Part shown: positions 51,101 to 62,911 of the stretch, piece after piece | How positions within the stretch are numbered: the stretch's first letter is position 1 | How the letters are laid out: every line of letters begins with the position of its first letter | From: Podarcis vaucheri | Lineage: Eukaryota | Reading direction: 5' to 3' (one strand) | DNA: 64,000 nucleotides | NCBI GenBank assembly: GCA_965113315.1 | Contig: OZ220369.1 | Made by a program: the position numbers and the translations under genes | The notes under the pieces: model-generated | The model's database searches: none | What the model was told of the DNA's origin: nothing | Seen by the model: the letters and a program-made list of their open reading frames with translations, nothing else

Positions 51101-54100
51101 TTCTGGCCATTGCCTCAGTCTGGTTTACTGGGAAATATTCAGCAGCAAGATTTGAAAGATGCTGCCTATTCCATGTGTCATCTTCATGATTCAAAGTAGT
51201 TTCCCAACCCCCACAGCCCAAACACCCATAAGATGAAAAAAATCACCAAAGGACACGAAAGGTACACTTTGAGTGAACGAGGGTTAACAGACAAATACAA
51301 GTAGCATAGACTCAATGAGCTGGCCAAAATCAATTTCTGGGCAAGATTGCAATGTCACTAAAAAGTGGCAGAGACTATGTACACAATGCCGCTTTCCCAT
51401 CAAACTGAGGGACATTTTCCTAGTCTAATATCACAAGATTGGTCTTGAGGACAATTGTGAATAATTCTATGAAGTACTCACATGAAAGCTGTTGGTTCAT
51501 GAAGCCTGATAAACCACTTGATCTGTGTTGGTTTAAACCTGAAATTACTTGGAACCTACAACTGTACAAGGTTAAGCTTTTGGCATCAGTAGCTGGGAGC
51601 ACGATTAGCATGGTAAAGCCAAGCAGGTTTTAATTTAGTCACCACAAGAATGGGAGACTGCCTGGAAGCGCAACATAAGATGCTCCAAGATTCCTGGGAG
51701 AAAGGCTAGATATTGGGGACGGCAAAGAAGGCTCCTTAGAGACCGCTGCCAGCCCCCACCCTAGAGGGAAAACTCACATTTACCGCACATCCACAGTCAC
51801 ACTTCACAATCAGACAACATTACCACTTACAAGGTTTCATCTTACTCTGCTGGAATGTAGGCTGGTTCAGTCCTGATGTACTCAGTTTTCTTGGCACAAA
51901 TGGGTCATTATTCACTGCAGGGAGGCCAAGGGCCCCAGTTCCTATGCCCAGACTACCTGTTGTAAGACCACCTACTGAGAAAAATAAAATTATCATTTCA
52001 GTTATGTTTACAAATGCTGGCAGACATTATAATTTGTTTGCTGTTCCCACCCTGAATAGTGTCAACATGGTACTTTCATTCAGCCCACTGAAATTAATTC
52101 ACAGAACTAATATCATGTCCACTGGTTTCAATGGGTTTACACTGAGTATACTAAGTTGGATACAATTTGAAGTGCTTGCCCCAGCCAGAATTATAGGAAA
52201 AGCAGCCACATTCCTCCCATGAGTACCAGCCCCTTTACACAAAAGTACCTGGAAGCTGTGAAGAGAGTCCGCCAATCCCACTGAAAGGTGTATTCTGGTT
52301 TTGTGTGGAAAGTGGTGGAAATGCTTTTGCTGGTGACTGTGGAGTACTAAAAGCAGAACTCAAGTTTGGAGGAAAACCTGGCATACTCTGTGTGTGTGGA
52401 ACTGCTGAACCACCTAGGCTGAGAGATGCCATCCCAGCAGCAAGTGGATCAATCTGAGGATAAAATCAATATTCAAAAAGAGACAAGGGGTTATTTTCTG
52501 TATCAATCAAACTTCATTCAGGTCAGCCTTGCCAAAATCAGTTAAGACCACACATCAATTCCTTACACTTTGGGTCTACTCTTACAGACCCGTCACGCAT
52601 CCTCCACCTTCAAAACACATGCAATGCAAGGTATTTCTGTATAACCTTTTAAAACTAAACATCATCTTGTGGTTTTGGGGGTTGGGCTGCACAGTAATAG
52701 TTTGTCTGGAGCCCAAGCAACCACTTAGCTTTAAGAGCTAACTTTTACAAAAAGCTCTGTGAAACTTATAGAAGAAAGCTTAGAATCCTTACAATGCTAC
52801 TGTCACTGTTTGCTTGTTAGTATCACACAATTTCTTTTTATTAATGAAAAGCTGCTCAATTAATCTTTAGTCTGCAGAATGGTGCCAAATTAAATCTTCA
52901 GAAAGTAAATCATGAAAGGCTATTATATCTACCACTGAATATAGTTACTAGAACCAGGTCTTCCTCCCTATTAAACCTGGAAGAAGCAGTGACAGTGTGT
53001 GGTGGTGAACAACTAATATGTGCCTTGTTTTTAAAAGAGCAGCTCAGCTGAGAACTGAGGAGCCCCAGTTATAACAAGTCCTTACAATCTAGCACCATTG
53101 CTTGACCCAAGAAGCCATGAAAAAGACATGTCAGGTTCAAAGATGGTGCTTAAACTGTACGGTTTCAATTAATATGTTTGAATTACATTTGATTATGAAT
53201 AAAAAAATAAGTTTAGAGACATATAAAAAGGCACCTCCTCCCATTATTATGCTACTTTGGTTTCTTTCAGCATCCACATACCTGTACAGGAGAGATGGCA
53301 TCTAGGCTACTAGCACTTGGTGGACGTCCTTTGGGCATAACTCCAGGTGGTGGCTGCCTGGCTTTGTTCATGACATTGCTGCAGTTGGCTACCATAGTTA
53401 GAATAGTTTCTGACAGCTCTTGAGACACACTTCTAATGAGAGAAGAAATGATTTTTACTTGCCAATAAAACCCCCCTTTTATCTAGGTGCTAAGAGAGCT
53501 ATCTTTAGAACTAGGATAGCACTAGCACTGCCTGGAACACAATGTCCCAACTAGACCAGAGGAAAGAGCTCCCCAACCTCCCAAGACCAGAAAAACTATC
53601 ACCTGGCTTGTTTCAACTGATCAGCCAATATATATTGACCCCTTATTTAACTGAAGGACAAACTTGCCAACCAACTAACAAGGTATTACAAACTCCAGAG
53701 ACAAGTGAAAAATAGCCCTGCGGGGTTATCTCCAACTCTTCTACATATGCTTTTAAGTACAACCTAAACATATAAAATCCTACTCATTACACAGCACTGC
53801 ACCTTGGCAAAGGCAAAACCCTCTGTCCAAAGGCTGCATTTGCCAAAGCCCTGATTTTATACTTCCTAATAATGGCCCCAATGCAACTAGTAAACTAGGA
53901 TTTATTTAGTGCTTTTCCAAAATGCTCAGAGCACTTCCCAAACAGACACATTACAAACTTTACACCACCAACCTTGCCCGACAGGCCAGGGCTACAGAGG
54001 ATCTGGAGGATGAGAAGGTGGCTGAGAAATGGTAGCTCACAAAGGCCACCTAGTGAGCTCATAGCCAAGTTCCCAGTTTGTAAATTCACCTTCTTAACCA

Positions 54101-57100
54101 CTATTTATGAGACTGTCAGCCTATCCCAAAAGATGTGATCTGCTTACCCAGCACAAGCCTGCAGGCAAGCCAGCATAGTTGCCAGTGTCTCTGGAGGAAG
54201 CTGAGCACTTTTGGGCTGGTCTTTCTCTGGGGCAAGGCCACCTAAGATAGAGGGGCACCTTCTCTTTAGGAAAGTCATACAGGCTTGGATGAAAGGCTCC
54301 TAGGGAAGGAAAAGTGCAAATTTCAGTGGGATACACATACTTAACAATAGTTCAAGAACATTAACAAAATTATGATATAGAAAATACTGGGTATTAGCTC
54401 AAGATTATCACTCAAGAGTGCATGCTGAAAGCAATTTTTATAAACTGCAGGGAAACATTTTTTTTAAAAAGTGACTGTTACCACCAAAAAAAATTCAAAA
54501 ATAATTAAGAAAATCCTGCTTTACCCCATGCTCCCGAATTTTATCTGTGAGCCATTTGTCTAGTTTGAGGTATTCCCGTCGAGAGGCAAGTGCAGCAAGG
54601 TCAATAACAAAGGCAAATGGAGTACCATTTAGCAGCATTGACAACGCCTAAAGAAAGAGAGTTAGAAAACTGCTAGTCAAAGTATCAGGCTACGCTTCCC
54701 TCAGAATTAGCCTACACACATACACCCTCCCCCACCATATCTATATATGATTCAGTTCCCAACATTTTTTTCTGTCACACAGAACATGACAGAGACGGCA
54801 GCCAGCAAAGCAGCTTCCAGGGTGGGAATTCCTCCTCCTGGGAGAAGAATACACTGGACACATTGCTTTTCCTTTCAACCTAAGAATTTGAAGTGGGGGA
54901 GGGGGGGAGATGTGGAAGACTACAGGCAAGGCAAAGCCACTGAGGGTGGAAGGCTTCACAGCAAAGTGACATAAGTAATTCTTCTCCCTATTTTTTGATC
55001 TATAGGTGGCAGGCACCCTGTTGACAGTAATCCTCACCATCCTCATGGCCATTAAAGCTGGGTGGGCTGTGCGCATTATCCACAAGTGGGACTGCTCACT
55101 CTTCCCTCCTTCAGCAGTTACGGCTCTTTCTATGCTTGGGTGGAACAGGCCTTGAAACTGCCTGTGCAAGACTGGAGGAAGACCGGAGAACCAACCCCTA
55201 CCTCACCACCTGGTTGCTTGGGAGAGCAGTTTTTATGGGTGGCTTGAGCTCCTATCACTGCTGGAAACCCAACATTATCCTGCCCATTAAATTTCAGAGG
55301 AATATACACTATACATGACTTCTATTCATTTCAATTGCAAGGGCTCTTGTACAAACTCCAAAGAAAAAGAGGTTGCATAGCCATGGAGCTTGAGGCAATA
55401 CACTGATACCTTCTGGTGACAACACACCTTGCTTGAAATAAGCAAATAATTAGGGGCCTTCAGTAGTGCTGAACCAAACTTAATCAAATTACCACCCTGA
55501 GCTCCTTTGGGAGTTATAACATGAATGCTGACCCAGTAGTGTCTAGTAAAAGCTATAGTTATGATATTCAATGCCACCAAAATCTTGCACACTTTCTTGA
55601 TGAAGAGGAAAGGCAAACATACAACGGCGGTGACACTTTGCAAGTTTTTAAGAGTCTCTGGAATTGCTCTAATGCAAGATCATAAAAACAAAAAAGAAAA
55701 CTACAGCTCAGGATCTTAGTAACTCTGCAGATGGAAAAAATTACTTTAGCAAGTCACAAATTTAGCAACACAGCTTCATATTAAGCAAAGAGGTGAGTTT
55801 CTCTTCCTACACATAGCCTCTTCCTGTCCTTAGAATAAACATGTCCTCTGATGTGATACTTATTTTCCTCCACTCCCAAACCCTGCATCTCACACAACCC
55901 CAACACTAAAGTCAAAGCACTTTCCACATAATTAAAATATAGAATCAAACTCACCTTCAAGTCTTGGGCCACGTCTAGAATACGTGATAATTTTGCTTGG
56001 TCATACTGTTCCCCTCGCATGTACCATTCTGCCATAGCATGCATGATGAGCTGGCGAATTGAAGGAGACTGGCCCTAAGGAAACATCAGCTGAATTTCAG
56101 ATTACTACATAAATGATCTAGCTCTTAAAGAGCAATTACACTGGCACATGGCAAGTCCCTTGCTGCTCTGTAACACTGAAATCACAGGTTCCAATTCAAT
56201 GAAAACGAAAGTAGCAGGTGGAAGAGAGGGTTTCAGCTTATTTCTCCCCCCACCTTCAGTTCTAGGTACCTTGCTCCTCCAACCCTTTGGCCTCCACAAC
56301 TTGCCCCTACCATACAGCCAGCTTGGCCCTGTGTTTTGCTCCACCAGCAAATGTGATGGAGCCTGATTACAATAACAAATCAAACCACCAACCCATTTTC
56401 CTCTTTACTGCCTTAACTTTCAGTAATAACAACAGAGATGTCAAAGATTGGCTCCACTTTTAACACATTTATGCTCCATCTCTCTATAAAGGCATTTACA
56501 GAGGCAAGCTACAGAAGAAGAACAATTAAGTGGCTGATGCATAATAGCATAGCAATTTATTTCCATGGTCAGGTAGGCAAGGTATATGATTTCCTGAGGT
56601 TACAGAACTGCAGGAGGTCATATTACATATAAATACAGGGTCTGTAACAATTTAACTTGGTGGGGGGGCCAATAGCACATATGTGCTGTCTCTCCAAGAG
56701 ACAGAATGCACATGCAACTGCTGCATGAAACAACTTTTAACTAGGGAAAGGAGAGGGACAGGGACAGGAGGTTGCTACTGCCAGTCTCTACCTCAGTGTG
56801 TTTATTCCAATCCAGCTGTGCTACAGGCCACCCAAACACTAATATAGGACTGTTCCTGGGTCAGATTAAAATGAGGGACATCTGGAAGTCATAAGTATAT
56901 TCATACTGAGGTCAAGCTGGCTGGATAGCTTCACAGTTGAAAGATAGTACAGGTACATAACAAAATTCACCTCACACCCAAGACAACTCACATGGAGCAA
57001 AGAACAATTAAATTTCTATCCCACCCTTCTTTCAAGAGCATAACACAGTGACAAGTTTAAACTCTGTTGTCAAAACAAAACCATTGTAATGCCCTTACCT

Positions 57101-60100
57101 GCCCATGCCATGCATAATGCAGGATGATGGCAGAGTTGGGATGGTTGCCAAGAAAAATGGGCATAAGTGTGGAGATGAGTTCATGCCGCAAAGTATGCCA
57201 GGAAGTGTTGATCTGTAGTAATGCCAATACCAACATATCTGGACAGTGCTTGATAGGGAAGCTGAAGAGCTGCTTAACTTGCTCATACTGGCCAACCTCT
57301 GCCAACCGCAACAGGGACTCAATCAAGTCCAGGCTCTTCCTAACAAATAAGGGGGGGAAATGCACTATTGTGAATCAGTTGACAGGATTTTGGCTTGATG
57401 TCTGTTACACCAAGCTAACATGGGTATCAAATGAGGTAATTCTAAATTCTGTTACGCTCGACAATATTTGAAATAACCAAACTTGGGGAAATAGATATCA
57501 AAGTCAACTTCCATCAAGTAGCATGCAGAGTGGTCAGAACAGTCCAAAGGCCTGCCTAGAAATCAAGATCCAACCTTCACAAACCAGACCAGAGCAAAAA
57601 TATAATCAGTGTTTAGTTCACAGCAGCCTAATACACATGGCTAATTTAACATGTTGCTCTCATTACCTATGCAACTATTTACAGACTAGCAAATGCAGCC
57701 AGTGTCTGGAGGAGACCCCTCTGCTAAACTAATCCCTGGGCCATCCCTGCTTCACACACATCCTCTCAAGTGAGAAGCACTTGGTGACTCAAAACCTTTT
57801 TCCAAAAGGCTGTTAGAAAAGCAAGAAAGGGATATCAACCATGAATACTCTGGCTCATCATTTCAGAATGCTGAAGCAGCTGTATTCCCAAGAAAAATAA
57901 TACTGTTTACCATGTGGCAATTTCTCGATTGTCATCCTCGGGAGGGGCTTTCAAAATATCTGTGGCAACAGTATGGCAGGGGTAGTCAGCAAAACAGAAG
58001 ATCTCTGGATTAATGAGGGAATGCTGGATGAATGAGAGCTGCAACAAAATTACATCACTGTAAGAGTCATTTCATATCTACATTCATGTTACACTGTCTT
58101 GATGCACTTCCTCCTAAGCAATCACCACCCCTCCCTCTCACACTTATGCTATTATGATTGCTTTTCCAAATAACTTTCTGAAAGTGCTAACATTCAGTCT
58201 TCTATAGTCTGATCGCTACCTGTTACAGTAATTGCAGTGTATTAAAGGATGTATCACATCTTGATAGCAACTGTTGTCTTAATGAGCCCCAAAGCCAAAA
58301 TTCAACAAAAAACTGAAAGAACACTTTAAAAAAGTTCTATGGTAATTATGAGCTCCTGTTGCTCGGTCCCTGGCTCCTGCCAACCTAGCAGTTCGAAAGC
58401 ACAAAGTACAAGTAAATAAATAAGTAACACTCTGGCGGGAAGGTAAACGGTGTTTCTGTGCACTGCTCTGGTATGCCAGAAGCGGCTTAGTCATGCTGGC
58501 TACATGGCCCGGAAGCTGTATGCCGGGTCCCTTGGCCAGTAAAGCGAGATGAGCACCGCAACCCCAGAGTCGTCCGCGACTGGACCTAATGGTCAGGGGT
58601 CCCTCTACCTTTTTAACCAATGTGGCGGTAGTGAGTGAGAGAGGAAGCATGAAAAAAATCTTCTCCTTGATTTTTACCTGTCCTTCTGCATGTTTCCAAG
58701 GTCTGTATATGAGATCAACTGGGAAGACGTCTAGCCCTAGCCCTCTCTGGACACCATACACCACAATCTGTAAGCCTTTGCTATCACGAATTTGAAATCC
58801 AGGGTGGTCAAGTTCATAGGTTACTTCCTTGAAGTTCAAATTTGGGTTCTGCAAAGAGTAAAACAAATAGTGGTGCAACTTATGGAGGCAAAAATAAAGA
58901 GCATGCTTTCACATTTCTCCTTATACAACTTAGAAACAATTCATAAGATATGAAGTTAATTTTTCCTTTAATATGTGAGTTGTCAAAATGATGAATAGTC
59001 ATTATGTATTTTAAGTCAGTCATTAAAAAAAATAGTAATCATGTAAAAATTGGTCCCACAAGCATTCAAGAGTCCTTGTGCACATTTTGCAGAATGAGGC
59101 GTCTTTATTTCCCCCCCCCCCCGAAATGTCTATCAATCTTTCTAGTCCCTATGCACCACCACTCAGAGCAGTTTACAGCCTTTTAAAAACAGGGAACTAC
59201 ATAGAAAATATATTTTAAAAACACGAAATACAACAGAGGATAAGTGTCCCTTAAATGAACTAAAACACTGCTAAATACTTGCTAAGGATTTGTCACCAGT
59301 AAAGAACAAATAAAGGTGTGCTTTAATGATACCATATCTCTAATCAGCACCACTTACAAAGTCCTGATCAAAGCAGAATAAATCTTACATCATTTGCAAT
59401 GTAAGCATGGAGCCAAACAAGGGGACACTGCACTAATGCTAACCATGCATAGGAATAGCTGTTCAGAATACACATGCTATGTCATCCTCAGTTGACCTTT
59501 GAGAAAATAGTGACTTGCCAGTTCATCAGGGACCTAGTTACAGTGATGACAATCTAGTACCAAATGAACCTCTCTCTGGTTATAATCATCTCTGGTTAAA
59601 ATCATGTTTGCTTGTCTTCTCCAATAGCCATGCATACAGTATACAGAGCTTGCCTGTTAATACTGTTGATCAGTTTTTCGAAGTTTAACCTACATGTTTT
59701 ACAACCAAATGCAGCAGAACCACCAGTCAGCATTTCCAGCTATACACACAAAATATACACATGCTCAAAATATACACATGCTCAAACATAACCAAACATA
59801 TGCAGTTTCTTTCACAGAAGTGACATCCTTACAGGAAATCTATCACACATGAAACAGCCCTTAAGTTTCTGGCATTCAGTTTTTCCTCAAAAGGGCAGAT
59901 TGTGATCAACATACCAGTTCTTTAAGCACATCAATCAGAACCTCCACATTCCAGGTATGGGACTGTGTTCCATCATTTTTATCTCTTCCATCACTCCAAA
60001 TTCCACTTCCAGGAGCAGAGATGGACTGTAAATTAAGCATGTAGGTTTAGAATTCCTGTGACGTTAGTTGTGTAGATGGATTTAGTAGATCAAGTGACAG

Positions 60101-62869
60101 AGTGGAGTTTGAATTTTACGATTGCAACACATTTATTACTGCAGATCAGCAATACTTAAACTGTATTCTATAATGCACTGTCAGCTTGTCCCTTAACAAT
60201 AAAATAGAGGGAAAGGCTTTATGAGCAAACAGTAAGAAACAGAATTAAAAACAAAACCCCTTTTTTGTGAACATTGGACAAAAAGCAGGACTATGGAGTA
60301 CTATTATGATTATCTCTCCCGAGGAATGGAGCAACCAGGCAGGGGCACATGTTAAGGGAGACTTAGATAATCTGACCCAAATTTTTCCACAATCCCTTAA
60401 ACTTGGCTCAGTAGTATACCAGAAGCCAGTGCAGTCCTTTCAGCAACGGTGTTGTCAAAATTATTCTCCCTCCTGCAACCTTGTTACAGCACTCTGCACC
60501 AGCTGCAACTTCCAGACATGCCTTAAGAAAAGCCACAAGCAGGGCACACTGCAGCAATCCAATTGGGTGGTGTATGAACTATCATAGCCAATCTATCATG
60601 ATCCAGGAACGACCACAGCTGTCATATCAAAAGAAGCTGCAGAAGGCACTCCTATCCACTGAAGCCACTTGAGCCTTGAGTAACAATGGATTTAGTGCAG
60701 CCCCACCCTACTAACCTATTTCCTGCCCACCCAGATAACTTCCATCTTTCAAGCTCAGTTTTTTGGTCACCCTCTAGCCCATCACTGCACCCAAGCATTA
60801 AGATGGTACAGAATTAAGATGGTACAGAGAAACAGAGTTGGATATTATGACACAGCACTTCCAAGTCCCCTTATAATCCCCCCCCCATCAACAGGTTACA
60901 CAGAGCTGTTAAACAGCATTTGGCATAAAATGCTGAAGTGATGAAGTCTTTTAACCTTTCAGTCATGCTTGTTGCTCAGTATCATAGGAATTAAGCGGCT
61001 CCAAAATCTTCTGTGTAAACACCATTCAGTAGTTCTGTTTAAGTTATATTCAGTTACAACACCTCTCAACACAGAGGACACTCACCTGCAAAGGAATGCC
61101 GTCTGCCAATCCTGAGTGTGTTCGAGCCATCATTCCCAAAACCCTGGCAACCTGGGCAGCAGTGACCTCTCCCACACCAAACTGTGTGATGATGTTGCGA
61201 CATTCCTCCACACTAAAAAGGCAAGTCACAATGACCTCCACAAAACTTGGTATTTAATTGTTTTCTATCAAGTATGTCTATTTTAAGGAGTATTACTGAT
61301 ACTCAAGTCAGTACATTAAGCTAGACTAGGGTGGAATCTATGTGCATATAAAAACAATTCTGAAAATACTTTTTAAAAAAGCATTTTAAAAAATACATTG
61401 AATTTTCCATAAGGCTCACCATCACCGCCTAGTGTGACCTTGTATATTACACTTAAAACACACTAAAAGTTTTACTTGCAGCTGTATAGCTGTCCTGCAA
61501 CCTCCAACAGCCTTCTCAACTGACATAACTTGTCCTTTCATTTCAATGGGGCTATTCAAAGTATGACTTGTCAGGACATGAACTCCAAATTTCAGTGAAT
61601 TTATCTACGTACCTTGTACAAAAGCCATAGCCAACTTCCTGCATGAAGTCTGCAAGAGAGCTCTCCATCATTGTTTTTGCTATCCCTCCAGAATCAGGCA
61701 GGATCCTGTCCATTAGAATGTCCCGTTTTTCAGGGTATAGGAGTGGTGCAAGCACCACAGGGCAACGTTCCTGGGGAAAATCTGAGATCCCAGAGTATTT
61801 TAGCATTTCAGAAGGACCAATGACCAACACAGAACCCCAATAATCAATTGTTTCATATTGTGAAAATCATGTTATGACCAAAGAAGTTTTGAATAAAAAG
61901 GTGTTTAAGATCATTGTCTTGGAATTCAGAGACACAGAAAGCAATTTATTTTATATCCCAATTTTTGACCTATTTACTGTCCTACTGTGACAGTACAGCT
62001 ATTTAGATAATATGACCTTAGTTGCATACCATGGTGAGCCATACTTAATGCTTTACCAATGAACATGTCTCGCTTGGCCCCTCTGCTCCTTCCCACACAC
62101 TCTGGGAGGAAGCAAACAATTATCCCAGGGCTTAATATTATGACCAAACCAGCAATTATGGTTCACTTTGCTCTCAACAAGTCAATTATTGGCCATTAAG
62201 GTGTGTGCACAGTAAACTATGGTTTACTATGTTGTGCAAACTGGGCCTCACAGTACTGCCTCCATTACATCCTCTGGATTGTCACGGCAACATTCTAAAG
62301 CACCTTGAAACTGCCACAAGTTTAAACAGGAAAGGGAAGGGGAAGGCTAAGATAGTAGGGCCAGAGAAGCCCAGGCCAAAATTTCAGAGGAGTGGAAAGC
62401 ATCAATTTATATCCAAGCCCCATCCCATTTCTAAATGGAGTGCCAACAATAATACCCATCTAAAGTTGTGATAGCCAAACTTCTACCAGTTATAGTATCT
62501 GAAAGACATAATGTGCAGACAATCCTATAAGGATCTGCATTAAGATAATCGTTTCAGGATCCTCGTTTCTTTTCTGGATTACCACCAAATGTTTACCCCC
62601 CACAAAAATTTATTCCTTTTAGAAATGGGTTTCAAATAGATGTATCAAATACAATACTTGCCTCTACGTAATGTTTTGAGAAAAGCGTCAATCTGTTCCT
62701 GTCCAACCCCAAAGGCTCCCTTCTGTCCAAAAAGAAGATGGGATAGGAGGAGGTGCAAGACCTCTATTGCAATATCTTGGAAGCCACCTTCTTGATTTCC
62801 ACTGACGTCTGCGTCAATGTATGAACGCAGAAGATCAGGAAGTTTCTGTTTAATAAACTGAGCAGCTTT

Positions 62870-62911
<42 letters not shown>

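Noticed and set aside
58279-58878. 199-aa ORF
   Set aside because: CNOT1 exon 11 reading into intron and SINE; not a separate gene
59750-59786. Short tandem duplications (also 671-713, 14612-14650, 28877-28904, 60798-60829)
   Set aside because: Ordinary slippage duplications; no array or CRISPR-like spacer structure
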